Positions 1-15,300 are shown, numbered from the stretch's first letter. The stretch: 64,000 bases of DNA from Tubiluchus corallicola (GCA_030141605.1 JAQGDQ010000496.1:100118-164117); one strand, 5' to 3'. Program-made: numbers and translations. Notes: generated by a model from the sequence alone, not told the origin.

Positions 1-4
1 TTAC

Positions 5-3000
5 TTATGGTTCTTTTCTATCAAACTTGATATTTTCTCATTCAGTTTTTCTATCTGCTGGCTTTTCTCTACACTATCTGTCTTCAGTTTCTCATTTTCC
101 TAAAATAAAAAATATCTCATTATTTAATCATATAAAATACATTAATAGCAAACGTCACTTAATTAACATAGCTGCTTTTTCCATTCTTAATTATGGAAGT
201 TTCTTTTTAAAGAATAAAGAATCACTGACAAACAATCTCAAGTAAATGCAATTACTGTTTTTCCTTTTCATTTCTTACTTAAAATATACATTGAAATACA
301 TAAACTAAATCAAAACTGATTTCTTAGTCTCGTAGCATATTTACCTGCACTAATCGTTGTATACCTGAGATCAAAACTACCGTGTCCACGTCACGGACAG
401 GAGGCAATCCATAACTTACAACAGCTGATTGATTTTGTGAAGCTGTTTCTGATTGGACTTTGTCAAGCTACAATAATAAAAAGTAGTTATGAATAACAAA
501 CAGCTGCAATTAATGTAAAAATTTGTACTCATTAGTTTTCTTCCCAAAAAGGCACTTCCAGCATCTGCTATTCAACACAGATTGTAATACAAAACTACAT
601 CACAGCAACTTAAACTGTCAACAAGTAAATTCAAACTGGAATTCAAACTGATAAAGGCTATTGAGCTCACAAAAACCATTCTAGTAATGAGTAGCATAGA
701 TGCTAGCATAGATGCTTTGTAAAATTACATAATTTTACTCGACTGAAATGGCTTGTTGAGGAAAATTTGCTTACATAAATACAAAAGTGCTAAAGCAAGT
801 CCAAAGGTGACATTCTTTTTATACCTGCACAAAAGTAATATTTCTTTTTCTATGTTACAATTATTGGACATAGTCAGTGTCAAACAATGTTTCTAATTTA
901 CACTGTTACACAAAATTTAAGCGTACTACTAGAGATTCTTATAGTTTTCATACAGGTTTCGACAAGTTTTTACAAAATTTGCAAGTCTCCACTTGCAAAT
1001 TCTTCACTTTCGATGAAACATGAAACAAAGTCATAGGGACCTAGAAATGAACACAGTTATGGTCCTTTCTCAAACACGATTTAAAACTATTGACAGATGG
1101 TGCTTGAATGGTTTCCATTGGTAATTTGTTCCAAGGATCGACGATGTGGGAGGGAAAAAGGTGTGATCGAATACTGATTCGTGAAAAAGGAAGAAATAGT
1201 TTGGCTAGGTGTTCACAGAGGGGTTTAGAAGGGCATAAAAAATCATTTTCCTGGAGGATGGATGCTCTATTCATTATCTTATAACAGTTGATGTTGTTCT
1301 TATAACGAATGATGTCACTCTCCGTTGTTCCAGAGTTGAAATCGCAGAAAAGTCAGCGTCTTCAGCTACTCTAACACATCGGGTTTTTTCCAGAGATGCT
1401 TTAAGAGGATGGTACTGCAGGAATCAGACTACTGAAGCATACTCAAGAATTGCGCGCACAACAGCTTTTAAAGTGAGATAATTACGGGGCTTTGTTGGAT
1501 GTAATACAACGTTTGATCACGCCTGCGTATTGATTCGCTTGTGAAAATAATATTGCTTATGTGGACATTCCACTTTAAATCATTCGTTTTTGTGATGTCA
1601 GGATCTTTAATAGATTATTTATCCTCAACCGGTCCATCTTTAAGATAATATGGAGTTTGACTTTTAAGACGGTTACGCAAAAGATGGTTCTTGCTTTTTT
1701 AAAGCTCCAATAACCATTCTTCACACCACTTTTCAATGTTGTTCAGGCCGAATTGTAGTAAACACCCATCGCAGTCGTCCCATATCACGGATGGTATGTC
1801 AACATACAAGGTCAATGATTTTCCAGTTGATATGCAATTTATAATACCGTTTATGAAAATTAAGAAACAATGGGAACCAACTGAGGGATACCACTGCCAA
1901 CATGCTTGCAACTTGTGGTTATGCAATTTAAGATCACACATTGACAGCAGTTTGTCAAGAAGTACTGGAACCAGGTGAGAAGGTTGTCTCTTATTTCTGT
2001 GTATAACATCTTTACCAAAAGATGTGGATGCGGCACCAAGTTGAAAGCCTTTTTAAAGTCAAGGTACAGAACATCAAAACCTGGCAGAGGAGGTGTTCGA
2101 ACCACTCTGTTCAAGCAAGAAAGTAGATTATTTACTGTTGATCTATGGGGAAGTGAGACATGCTGTTTCTGGTATGTCCTAATCAGAAAATATAAAACCT
2201 CATCTCACAGAATGGCTTCCATGCATTCGGCAACTACTGAAGTTAAAGATAGGGACTTAGGTTCAATGCCAGGTTAAGGCATAGGCTATAACCAAGGGGC
2301 CTCTGCTTGCTGAAGGGTCTTCAGAGATTAATTAAATAACACTAAAAGATAAATTAATTTACTGTGAAAAGTTACTTCAGAATGAGAGTAGAAGCATGCT
2401 GAATAATCTCTATAAAAAAGGGCTCAATTAATTAATATACTGTATAATAATACACTGGAAATGTTTTCTTGACCATTATTCCAACTCATTGGTACTGCCA
2501 CACTGGCAATCCCAATTATAACGACACAGTTTTATAGGAATTGAGGTCACATATCTCTGTCACATATATACGAAATAAGATATCTCAGTCCTAAGAGAAC
2601 TTAGTGGTAGTTTGCCACTAAACCTCTAGCCTACTGAACCTCTGGATTAGGTATTCTCAGGCATGGTTCTTGAAGTTGAAAGACCTAGGACAATGCTGTG
2701 TGCAGCATGCATCTTGAATCAGTTGTGAGCAACGTGCACTATGCGCATGCTAGAGATTTGAAGCGGCACTGCGTCTTTATTTAATTTTATTTAGCCTTGA
2801 CAAATAATTTTATTTATGTATTAACTTTTGCAATAATTCATGGTTATAAACACGCACACACATAGTACCTGAATTATGAACACCTTAAATCATTATGAGG
2901 ATAAAGATGCAAAAAAACTAATATTAGCTTATTTCCACTGTGATTTTCTTATTAGTTATATTCAACGTTTTTAGTTATATATATATAGGGACTTTATATA

Positions 3001-6000
3001 TATATATATATATAAAAACTAATATTAGCTTATTTCCACTGTGATTTTCTTATTAGTTATATTCAACGTTTTTAGTTATATATATATATCAAAGTCTATA
3101 ATACTCCATTGAAAAGAAATAAAAGAAATGTGTCTAATTATAGTATAAATGCGCATATTTATAGTAGCCTCAAAGAGTCCATTGATAAATAAAAGCTAAT
3201 TAGTACTAGTGACAGTATATTTTATGATATACGATAAAATACCAGTAATTTATTTATTGTAATTCATAACCGTGAGTAATAGTTAGTATTTCAAAAACTT
3301 ATTTTAATTTTGTAAATATCAGAATATCTCTTCTCTTTTTGTTGTGTTAGACTTGCACCTGTCTATGTGGGTCTAATGTTGGCATTATGTTGTAGAAGTT
3401 GAATAAACTGATTTGAAGAATTCGACATTCATGCTTTTGTTAACCCTTTCAGTCCCAAATTATTTTTTTAATAAGAGAAAATTTGCAAAAAAACGACTTT
3501 TTTAAAAGCACAACAAAAGCAAAAAATTTGCTTCATTCTGTAACTGCTGATAATTTTTTAAAGTATTTAAGACATTTAGTATGTATGCTATGCTGATCTG
3601 TACAAAGTCGTCTCTAAAGTACTGTACCTTGAGCAGTTTTTTATGCTATGTAGATTTTCTAGTTTGCCATTTTATCACCATTTTTAGTCTATTGTTATTG
3701 GCTTAAATCAAAATAACTATTAACTGACCAAATAACTGTCAGTTTTAAAATTTTATTAATTTTAAAGGCAGAAAATATTCTCGTATCCCACAGGATACAA
3801 CGGGTATGAAAGGGTTAATCGTCACAGTATCTGTAGCCCAGGGCCTACAAAATCAAAATCTGACCCGCTTAGATTATCACAAGATGAGCTGGTAGAGGAC
3901 TATAACATGGAGTAGGTCTCTAAAACAGCAAAAACAGTACTAGCAACACGATAGCCAAGAACAAAAATAACGAACATAAATACCTTGGTTGTTAAATTAT
4001 CCAATTTATCCTGCATTTTTCCAATGGCTAATCTTAGCTCTGTGTTGACATTACGGCTTTCAGACATGAACATCTGCAAACAGACATGAACATGAACAAG
4101 TTAAAGCAACTGACTGACCTTCGTTATTTGAGTCAAAAGCTGTGAAAAAAATAGTAAAGAAATTAATAATGAAATAATCATAAAAAACTGAATTATTATA
4201 ATTCACAGGAAACTTATCAGCAATAATAGTTCAATCACTTACAATTTAATAATAGAAAGAACGAACGGGGTGTTGTGCAATGCACAGATAAATCATTTGC
4301 AATATTTTAACACGATAGTTTGGCTCTCTAACTGAACAAATAGGAAAAGCCTACTGATTCACTGCAACATTGAGCCAAGGTTACTTCTAGCCATACATGT
4401 GACAAATATCAGACAACTCAGGACAAAATCATTATCCAAGGTCTTCCACATTCTACTACTACTTATTTTAATAATAATAATAATAATACTACAATACTAC
4501 TACTTATTATTATTATATTATAATATACTACTGATTACAATAATCAGCCAAAAAATGGAAAGACAATATGCTTTCATACAGATACTTAATGTTGACATAA
4601 TGTTGACAAAATTTTGTTGACAGTAGATATCTTTCTACCATAACCTAGAGTTAACCACATGTCCCTGTGTTCATTTGGCACATGAATTGACACACACTGC
4701 AGAGGTAACGGCAGCACATTTTTAGTTTTGATCATAAGCACACATAATAGGCCATTGTCTCAGTGATTGAAATACAACAAACTTGTAAGCTTGGATCCAC
4801 TGCAGGAATAGCCGACTGCTGTTGCACCGGTACTTGTGGATACAAGGTCTGCTGATGAATAGGTGTACTTGGATGGACATAAGTCATGCCGGGATAACCG
4901 AGGTTAGACTGGTACAAAGCAAGAGTTGCAGGCTGTGGCTGCTGCTGTATGCCTAAACAAATAATCAAAATGTATTAATAAACAAAGTATTGTTTTACAA
5001 AAGTGTTTGCTAATGTCTAAACAGTCTGAAAATTACTACTAAAAATGCTTTCACTGAAGACAAGCAAAAAACGAATGCCAATAAATACTGCAGATGAGCA
5101 ATCTTGTTTAGCTAACAGTGTTAGATATAATATAATAGTGTGCTGATACAAAATGTTTTTTGAGAACAGTAACTTTTGCGTACCTAATTGTGTCGAGTAT
5201 GTACCAGCAGAAACTGTAGGTTCTTTGACTATGTTGACCGGTTCAGCTTGCTCACTGCTCGGCTGCGATGTGGTGAGGTGCCGAGAGGTCGACTTGCGAG
5301 GTTTAGGGTGTAACGACGGTCGTTGTTTAGGTGGAGACGAAGGCTCTGGCATAAGCGGAGACATCGTTGACTCAGCCTACATAAACATTTATAAAAGACA
5401 TTTTGAAATAAACTAACTTTTATAATGAATTAAAATGCATAAAGCTCTACAAACTTGTCAACATCTATTTTTAAGAACTCCTTTGACCACTCATTACAAT
5501 GTTTTGCTTGTTGATGATTTGACCAAATCACCTTTTCACTAAAGAAAAGTGAAAGCAATAATAAACGCAACTCAAAGTACAAGATCTTTTTACATGTTTG
5601 CAAATCTAAAAATTTAATATCATTTTTATTGCCAAAAAATTATGCTGTTTACAGCTAGAATAGATTGTATAGAATAGAATACAACTCAAATTAAACCAAC
5701 AGACAACCACTGAATGTAGACCCATTTTCTTGTTGGAAGTGACTGGTTTTTAACTAAAACATGTTTTACACGGTTGTTTGTAATAGAATTTACTCTTAAC
5801 CAAAGCTATTGATATTCAACAGAGTGAGTGAATTCACTATTTGTGTGTTTAATCTCCTTTAAACTCTCCTTTAATTTACTTTGAATATGTGACTACTTTT
5901 AGTCAAATTTTGTGAAGTGATTAGAGTGAAACGTCGCATTAGCACTTCAAATCACATCCCTTGTGCTGTTATCTATTAATACCATATATAATCTTTTACT

Positions 6001-6364
6001 TTTAATAATATACACAATCTGCTAATCTGTTTGGCCGCTCACTATTAGCAAACACAGTTACCAAAAAATTTATTCACAAAGTGAGCAAACACTGTCACCA
6101 GATACAATGCCATCATTTGTACCTTAAATATTATAATTATTAGCTTAATATTTCTGCTGCCAAATTTAATATTTATGAATAACTATGTTCTTTTCTTCTG
6201 AAACATGAACCATGGTCATGAATCTTTATGAACAATGCAACATTTTAAACTTTGGAGCACGAGTGCATCATATAGTCTTTTTTAGCATTTTTGTCTAAAT
6301 ATTTTTAATTGTACAGCCTTCTGGAAATCATTGAAAGAGGGCTTTATAAATAAACATGTTATAC

Positions 6365-6397
<33 letters not shown>

Positions 6398-9300
6398 CGA
6401 CTTGAGCGGAGACGAATGTAGGTACAAATGGCACAGGTAAAAATAGCACAGGGAAAAATGGCACGGTAAAAATGACATAGAAAAAAGTGGCACAGGACAA
6501 AATGACATAGATGGAAACGTAGGTAAAAATGGCACACTTAACAAAATATGGATTTAGGGTTGGGCTTACTGTGGGGTATAATTATTTTAGTTATTTTTAC
6601 CTCTGCCAAGGAAGTCATGCTTCAACACAGTTTGTCTGTTGCTTTTTTTGTCTGTTATAACAGTAACCCTATTATGCAAAAATTACCATACAAATTTCGA
6701 CGAAACTTTGTGGAGGTGGTTTTGAGTGCCAATGGGCATTTTTTGGCACGTTCTTTTTCGCAAAACTTGACCGAACACCACGAACAAAAGCACCCGCGAA
6801 GTACTTCGTGGAAATGTAAGAGGGGCTGTTTATTATTATCTGCACCAGGACAAACAACTACATGTTAGTTCCAGCTTCCATTTCCAGAAACTTTTACTTG
6901 GAAAATTGTGAAATGTTGTCTATAACCTTTGCTTTTTAATGTAAACATATACGAATATGTCAGTCGGTTACCATCGCCAAAATTTATGGTTAAAGAAAGG
7001 TAGATAAATACTATGTGGAGCATTCGTGCATTATTGATTATAATGCTACTTAAGGAACAAAATATTTTGTGCCTTTTGCCAGTCTATATGATACGAATAC
7101 AGGTACATTTTTGTATATTTGCTTGTTTATCTTTGATTTATGTTTTTTTAATCAAAATAATCAGATCATTAAATTTAGGAATGTTTTACATTTTTTAATA
7201 AAAAAATCAGACAAATAAGTTTAGGATTGTTCGACTTTGGCACAGATCTGCTTCCTACTGAGCATGGTCTAGTTGTATTATAGAAATTAACTGCATTAAA
7301 ATAACATAAAATAATCACTTTTTCCTGTGCAATTTTTACCTCTTTTCTATTTGTGCCCATTTTTCCTATGCTATTTTTTCCTGTGCCCGTTTTTGCAGTG
7401 CAATCTTTTCATGTGCCATTTTTTTCCGTGTCATTTTTACCTGTGCCATTTTACCCATTTCTCCATTTGTCCCATTTTTACCATGTCAATTTTGAAGCAT
7501 AATTTCCTTGGCAGAGGAAAAATAACTAAAATAATAATCCACCACAGTAACCCTAACCATAAACTCATTTTACTAAGAGTGACATCTTAACCTACACTCA
7601 TGTGAACTGAAATTTGCACAGAATGACCTAAGAATTAATAGGCTGCGAGTTTGACCCATACCCTACCCTTATGTCAAGTGTCAACTTTTAACATTTCTCC
7701 AGAGCCGAGACAGATAGACAGAGCAGAAAATTTTACAACTGCCCATTTTGTTGGGGCAACTAGGAAACTATAACCTAGGCTATTTTACCTACCTGATTAC
7801 TGTCATTTTCTTCATTATCAGATTCCTGCTCTTGGGATGCAGCCGCACTAGGCAACATCTGGTGACCCATTTTTGCCATTCTGGAGATGAGCTTTGCCTT
7901 GTCTGTACTTGTTGGTGAATGCTGAAGAACAAAATCCAACAAATGACATTTCTAAAATCAACGTGGATATGAAAGGCTACACTCTTCTTGTTGCTGTGGC
8001 TAACAGATATTTACTTACAATGATTACTTCTTTACTAAACCATTTTGGCAAAGAGCATCAAGTTCGATTATTATGTTTATTAATCAGATAATTAAATTCA
8101 GTTATTGGCTTTTCTAATACATCTAAGTAAATTTTGCGCTGCTTGCTTTACTGTTGAAATTTCAAATTTGCAGGTGTAATCACATGATTAATAGTCATGT
8201 CACAATGCCTTTAGCATGGTACCTGGTATCCACGGCTACCAGTCTAAAGGTACAAATAACTTTTGACCTATAGCTCCAAACTACCACTGCAAGTGCCACT
8301 AGCAAAACTCTAAATGAGTTTATTCAAATGCCACATCAGCCCTATTTGCAATTAATCACACTGTGAAAGCAAGTTGTCACTGTTCTATCCTTAGTGTTTC
8401 AGAGTGGCTATAATACAAATTCTAAAAATCTACATTAGCTGGACTGAAAAGTTCGCTAAGATACCCGGGGTTCCTAGGTGAGCCTGAAAATCTTCATCCT
8501 TCCTGCTGCCCATTTTTAAGGACATTCAATGTGTCAGCTAAATGCCTTGGTGTACTAAGGTCAGTAGAATTAGAAATTAGTGGTTCCGATGCAACAAAAA
8601 GTAACTTTACTTTGTTTTGTTTTGGCAAAATGTCGTGACACAGCTCTTTCAAAAATCTGTATTTCGAACACGACGCTCTACAACAATAAAGTTACTCTTT
8701 ACTTCACCAGTACCATGATTTTTATCACCAAACTGAGATTTTTTCTTTCCATAATTAAAAAGGCCATCTACGTAATTCATACAATAGTAACTTACATGTG
8801 ACAGTTGTTCCGTAAGCGAGGCAGTACGTTCCTTAATGCTTTCGGCTCTGGGCTTTACTTGTACTGTTTCACTTTCTGCTGATCTGACGTCCACTTTGGA
8901 AGTATCTTTGTGCGACTTAACCTATCAAACAAAACCAACTATTACCTGAACTAAACAGTTTTTCAGTACACTAACTACTAACCATCACCAAAACATTTAA
9001 CCAAACCACATTAAAAAATCATTATCTGTTCTTTGTACATTATAAGATATAATAGAAAATCCAAAATAGCAAAAAGTAACGGCAAAAAATGAAAGTGAAA
9101 TACGAAGGCAGCCTTTGAAAAAGACATTTAGTAAAAGTTCACGATAAGTTATATAATAGTACCAGGTGACTAAGATATTCGTAACAAACTTATACTGGTT
9201 GTTCAGGTACGACATACATTCCTTTGGTTTCAAAAGTATGCAAAAAGGTGCCTATGCATCGCATGTTTAGGCAACTATTCACACATCCTCGAGTTGTAGA

Positions 9301-12300
9301 GGCCTATATGGGTATAGGCCAGCTCTAAAAATATCTACGCATTTATAAATTACAGCAACCATATATTGGTGTGTTCACTACAAATACAATTTAAAAGAAA
9401 CATACAATGTTCAATTCAAAGCAGCTTCTACTCACACCAACAACCTCAAGCTGGAAAATAAGAGTGCTGTTAGGTGGAATCCGATTTCCCATGCCTGGCT
9501 CTCCATAACCAATATGAGGAGGAATTATCAGCATCCTCTTTCCACCAGTTTTCATCCCTCTAATACCTTCATCCCAACCCTAATTTGCATAAGATAAAAA
9601 AACATACATAAAAATTTATGATGTCGAAACATCAAATGTGAAATAAATCAGATCTTTATTCGAGCGGGTGCTGGCGATTTACTTTCCGATTGCTTTTAGG
9701 TAGATAGGCACAACTAAGCCATATTATTAAAATATTTAAATAAACAATAATCTGACCTTACAGAGGCAGTTCCACATAAAATCATTTGCTCTGTTGAGGT
9801 CAAATAAATTACGGTTTTGTAATTTCCTAACAAGTTGTAATAATTACAGCATAAACTTCCTAAATTAAATTTAAAAAAGACATCAAAAAATTAAAAAACA
9901 GTGAATTGCATCGCATTTCAGGGTTTTCAAAACATGACAGAGGCAACTAAAATTTGCAGTTTTCACTAAACAGCATAGTTATGAAGCTGAAGAATGTTAC
10001 CCCTCAGGTAATGCTCAGGTAATGCTTACTACTGCATTAGTATTAAACACATCTTACACAGAGGTTACAAGGAAGACAATAAAACTGGTAATGATTTTTG
10101 AATAAAATTCACTGGATTAGAAGCACTATTAACAAAAACACGGCCTCCAAATTTGAAAAAAACTACAAATAACTAAATCTTGTTCATTGTTCAGTTACCT
10201 AGAATTTTTGGCACAACCAGTTAGCGAAATGCGATAATATGAAGATAACACTTTGTGTAAAAAATTATAATTAGCAAGTTTACTTACACATTGACAAATA
10301 CAAATGCTCAGTAAAGTAATAGTGTTGACATTTGGTTTAAATGAAGCATGTTTCCTTAAAAATGATTTATTAACAAACATTACAATCATTACTGAGAACA
10401 AACTGCTGCTTTGGTTGATTAAAATAAACTTTGATTATTGGTCAACAACTCACTGTAAAATTGAAATTAGATTCAAGGACCTGACTTAATGTAAACCAAT
10501 AAAAGTGCGTGCCAAATGTTTTGCGAATTGAGCTTCAAAGCCTTGTTTGCGGACAGGGCCTATTTCAAGGGGGGGAAGTGGGGATACTTCCCCGGGGCCT
10601 CACCCTCCAGGGGGGCTTCGCGCCGAGGTAACTTTTTTTTTTTGCTTTATACGAACATACTGCCTCCTCTCTCTCCCTCTTCCTCTCTTGCCGCACGCGC
10701 GCCGTGTGCGAGTATTGACAAGTATTAAGGAATAAAAAGCAGTTTTTCTTTCAATTGCTCTTTCCTTTAACAACTGTATAACTCCATATTTTCTCTTCGA
10801 AAATGCTTCTCCTAGGCCTTGTTTGCGGAGTAATATTTTGCGATGCACTATTCTACACGAAATATGCAAGTTCAAAATTGATAGAATTTATGGCTTTATT
10901 TTGCAGTAGAAAGCACACTACCAAACAATAATGGTATCCTATTATTAATATTATTGTTTGTATTAAATGGGTTGAATACAAGAACCTATACATTCAACGG
11001 TGTCTGCTTTTGCACAGTGAGCGAGTTGCACCTTTAGCAGCTTGAATTGTGATGACAACAAGCAACAGAACTATGTGGTGCCTCTCTTTAGCTAATCATT
11101 TACACTTGTACCCACCCGTAAACTTAGTACTAGTATTATCCCGTAGTTTATAGTTTATAATAAATTAATAAAACTGAAATGCCCATGCTAAAAACCTGCA
11201 GTGTCTTAAATATTAGTGTAACTTATGCATCTGGCTCTCCTTGCAGAATTCTCAGACAATTCAGGACTAATTTTACAGCTTACAGCATTTTGTGCTACTT
11301 TCGGACTTTAGATTTACCTAAATTTTACTATGGTTGGCTTTCATTTGTCAAAGAACATTTAGTAATCTTGCAATCCTAAGACATGTTGTGCAATTACAGT
11401 AGCTACTGTATGCCGATTAACGTGAAAATTTTTATGCATGTATATTTTTTAGAATAGTAAAGCAAACGCTTTTAACATTGATAATATGTTAGAGCAGCAA
11501 GTGTGGTCTGATGAATTTGCTTTTGCTAAATGACATAATTAGTTGCAGGACACCAACAACATTGCTGCCTGTTTTTGTTTTAATCATCACTGGTTTGTAT
11601 CCGTCAGATAACATCACTTGTACCATAATTCCTCACAGCTGCTTGTGGTTTCTTATTAAAAAACTGGACATATTCTAAACTAAAGCTGCTGCCTGTCCTT
11701 GTCTTAGTTATCACTGGTTTTGTGCTATATTGGCGGGCAGATGACAACACACATACCATAGTTTCTCGTAACTGCTTGTGGTTTCTTATTAAAAAACAGA
11801 ACAGACTCCTAACTAATTACATTTGATATTTTAGTACAAGTTTTGCAAGATGTAATTTTAAACTTCACCCATATCATTTGTCTTCTCAATGGATATCACA
11901 CATTAAAATTTCTCACACCTTCCAATTTTTAGAAAAATGTCTAAATAAGCTGCTATTTTGCTGGTTTGACAGATAAAGACACAATAGCACACAGCGAAAA
12001 ATATCTGCAATCATAATAGACATGGTAGCTCAAAACTAAACACCAACATTAATGCATTCTCAAAAACACAGTTAATCAATATCAGAAAATGATCACCTTT
12101 ATCACCTTTCCGCTGCCAATTTTAAATTGAAAAGGTGTCGCATTGCTGGTATTCGAATCAAAAAGCTTCCCAAATGCATGGTCAGTGAACAACCAACCTG
12201 AATATTTGACTTCTACTGAATCTTTCTGCACAAGAGAGTGCCCAGTGCCAATTTTCAGATCTTGTGTGATGAGTGAAGAGACCGCGGATGAACTATTTGC

Positions 12301-15300
12301 TCGAGCTAAACCTATCTATAGAAAATATCAGAAACACATTCTAAAATAACTAAAAATCATATGCTTGAAAGACCTTACAATTTGTAAGTAACTGCGGTTT
12401 TCTGACTCATAATATTATAAAGTAATAAATTTAAAATGATTACTGTCAATGATAAATTTTTGGGATTTTCACAAAGATACACGCTGTTTTCTACAAACAA
12501 CACGTGAATTTTTGCCGAATTTTAAAAAGGTTATTTGCAGACCTTGCTTTCCAGACTTGCACAAAAACTAATACAGGAAAAATTTATTTAAAGCAACCTG
12601 TTGTTGAAAAATAGGTGCGGCGTATGTTAATAAATTTCTTGAAAAAACAAATGGGATGCTTCTAACAAAAAATAATGACATTAACCTGTACGCAAACTAA
12701 GTCATAAATAAAATGCCAAAAAATGGGAAAAGAAACGAGAAACCTCGGTTATTTAAATAATCAACTAGATTATTAGAATCACAACTCGGTAAATCATATC
12801 AATCAAGAACAGGGTCATAACATTCCAATGGCATTGCCTATACATACACATATATATTTGTGTGCTTGCATAACAAAATCATCCATAGGTCGGCAATTAA
12901 GCTTTTCTAGTTATTCACATATCCTGAATCTGCATTTCATGAGGATCATTTTAATACCAATCTCTATGTTATTTCTAAGCTGAAATAATCCACGTTGAAG
13001 TTGAGGTGCATGCTACACACTGAAAAACATTACCCAGAGAAAATCGCTGTTAAAGTTAGCCATTGTTTTTTGTCGAGTTTCTATAAAACACTTAGCAACC
13101 ACACAAAAGTTGGTTGCTACGGACTTTGCAAAAACACAATGATGTTATGCTTAAATCCAGTAGATGGCTCTCTCTTTCTGATGAAAATCTGGGCTTGGCA
13201 ACAGAAAAAACCCGAAGCAAAATGATAGCTTCCATGAGCTTCCTACTGGAGTTTGACAATACAAGTTTTTCTCAATTGCAGTTTAGTTTCTAGACAGAAA
13301 AGTACTTTTTAAACAACTTCCTTACAATTTGGTGCTAGAATATTAAAGTCTAACATATTTAGCAATTATTTTTATAAAAAACAAAAAAATTGACATTTGA
13401 GCACATTTTTGATGCATTCTACTTTGAAACATCATAAAATAGTTACAACTGTGCCGACTATGGACGATTTTGGTATGCAAACACGCATACATATATATGT
13501 ATATGCATATATATGCATTATAATCATCCCATTTCAAACTGATCTCATTTCATTTCATTTCGATCTGAGACATCTCAAGTAGCAGAGCAAAGGCAGCTGA
13601 TGCACTGATCCTGAGTTCAAATTCAGATCTACACAACTTTTTGGCACAACATTTTTAACAGATTATACATAATGTGATTTTTTTCTGATAATCTTCAAAG
13701 TTAATTCATTTTTGGCTTACTGCAGTTAAAACATCTCCTACCTGTTTAGCAAACTCGATTATGTGATCCTCATTATCACACAAAATGCACCAGTTTTGCC
13801 CCTGAATATCATAAAAGCTGGCATAGTTGTTCGCTTGGATCTAAAACAGACAAATGTACGAAAGTTAATCATATTCCATTTAAGATAATGAAACCAGCCC
13901 TCACTATGGTACTTCAGAAATGACCATAGTCATTGTAGTCACAGTAAAATAAGTGGAATCTTGCTAATTTAGATCAGCGATTCACAGTAAGCTAACTACA
14001 ATAGGTTCCACTTAAGAGACTCACTTTGGGAGAAAAAGTGTTTTGACCACTTAACTGACTAAAACTGTTAACCGGGGTGTAGCTTTACTACTATAGGAGT
14101 CATAACTCATCAGCTTAACATGAACTGCAAAAGCTCTAAATGTATTTCAGAAATGAGCTAATGCCAAAATATCTAAGTCTATTATTTAAGAATATGGGTA
14201 CAAATTTATATAAGTGAATTAATAAAAAAGAAAATCAAAAAATTAAAGAATCGCACAAGTCTGTTTATTTACACTAAAAATTACAAAGTTGGTTGCAAGG
14301 TCAGTTACTTCATTTCTTCATGAAAAAGTTGGTTTATAAAGTTCTCATGCTGATAAAAATGTTGAAAATCTGTTGCCATGGGCTGGTGATTAAGTGTTTA
14401 GCTTCCAAAAACAATGAGATTAACCGCAACTGATAAGCAGGTAACAGATTCAGAGCAAAACCGCTGTGCTAGCATATAGCATGTGAAAAATGCACAGGTC
14501 AGCTAATAAACAAAACGGTATTTACATGATTGTTTCTACGCGCATTATAGTGCTCAAAAGTAAAGTAAATCTAACATAAACACAGCAAAAGCTCTTTCGT
14601 CACAGACATAAAATAATTTTGTCTTCTTTTAAGCACAAGAAGCAAAAATATTGAGTCAATTGTCAGCAGTTTTTATATGGATTTGAATAAGAGCAGCTCA
14701 TACCAAACATTTTTGAAGAAATTAGGTAATTGATTCTATTAACCGTTAGTTTGGCAAACAGCGCCTTAAATTCATCAAACATGCTTTTAACAGCCTTGAC
14801 TTTCTCTGTAAAAACGGATTTAAAACTTTTTTTGCAAATTTAGAATAATTGGTTTTCCTTATTACAAGAGACATATTAGACCAATTAATTATAGTAGCCT
14901 TTCCAGAAGTTGTACAGTCATTTATTACATAAACTAAGCCATACAGAAAATTATCCATACAAATAACAATGTCTTTAGAAACTATACAGTTGAACAATTT
15001 TGGTACTTACCATAAAAGAAAAATTGGCAGTTACAGAGGCTTGAGCAATTGGCTTTTGATTCTTTATGTAGAGTAGTAATTTGTGCTGAAAGATTACATT
15101 ATTGAACATTCAAATCAAATTGAAAAAGTTCACACAAGTGAAAAAACTAACTCAAAGAAATACATAGTAACTTCCGATGAGTGCTTGCTTTAATATTTTT
15201 TTAATTAATATATTTTTAATTATTTTTTAATTAATTACAAAGATATGTTTAAACCAGAAGAATTCTGATAGTGAATAAAATATTGGCTAAATTGAAATAT

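Noticed and set aside
2240-2300. B-box-like GGTTCAATGCC as a tRNA gene (similar at about 53045)
   Set aside because: No cloverleaf or anticodon arm could be formed; at most SINE debris.
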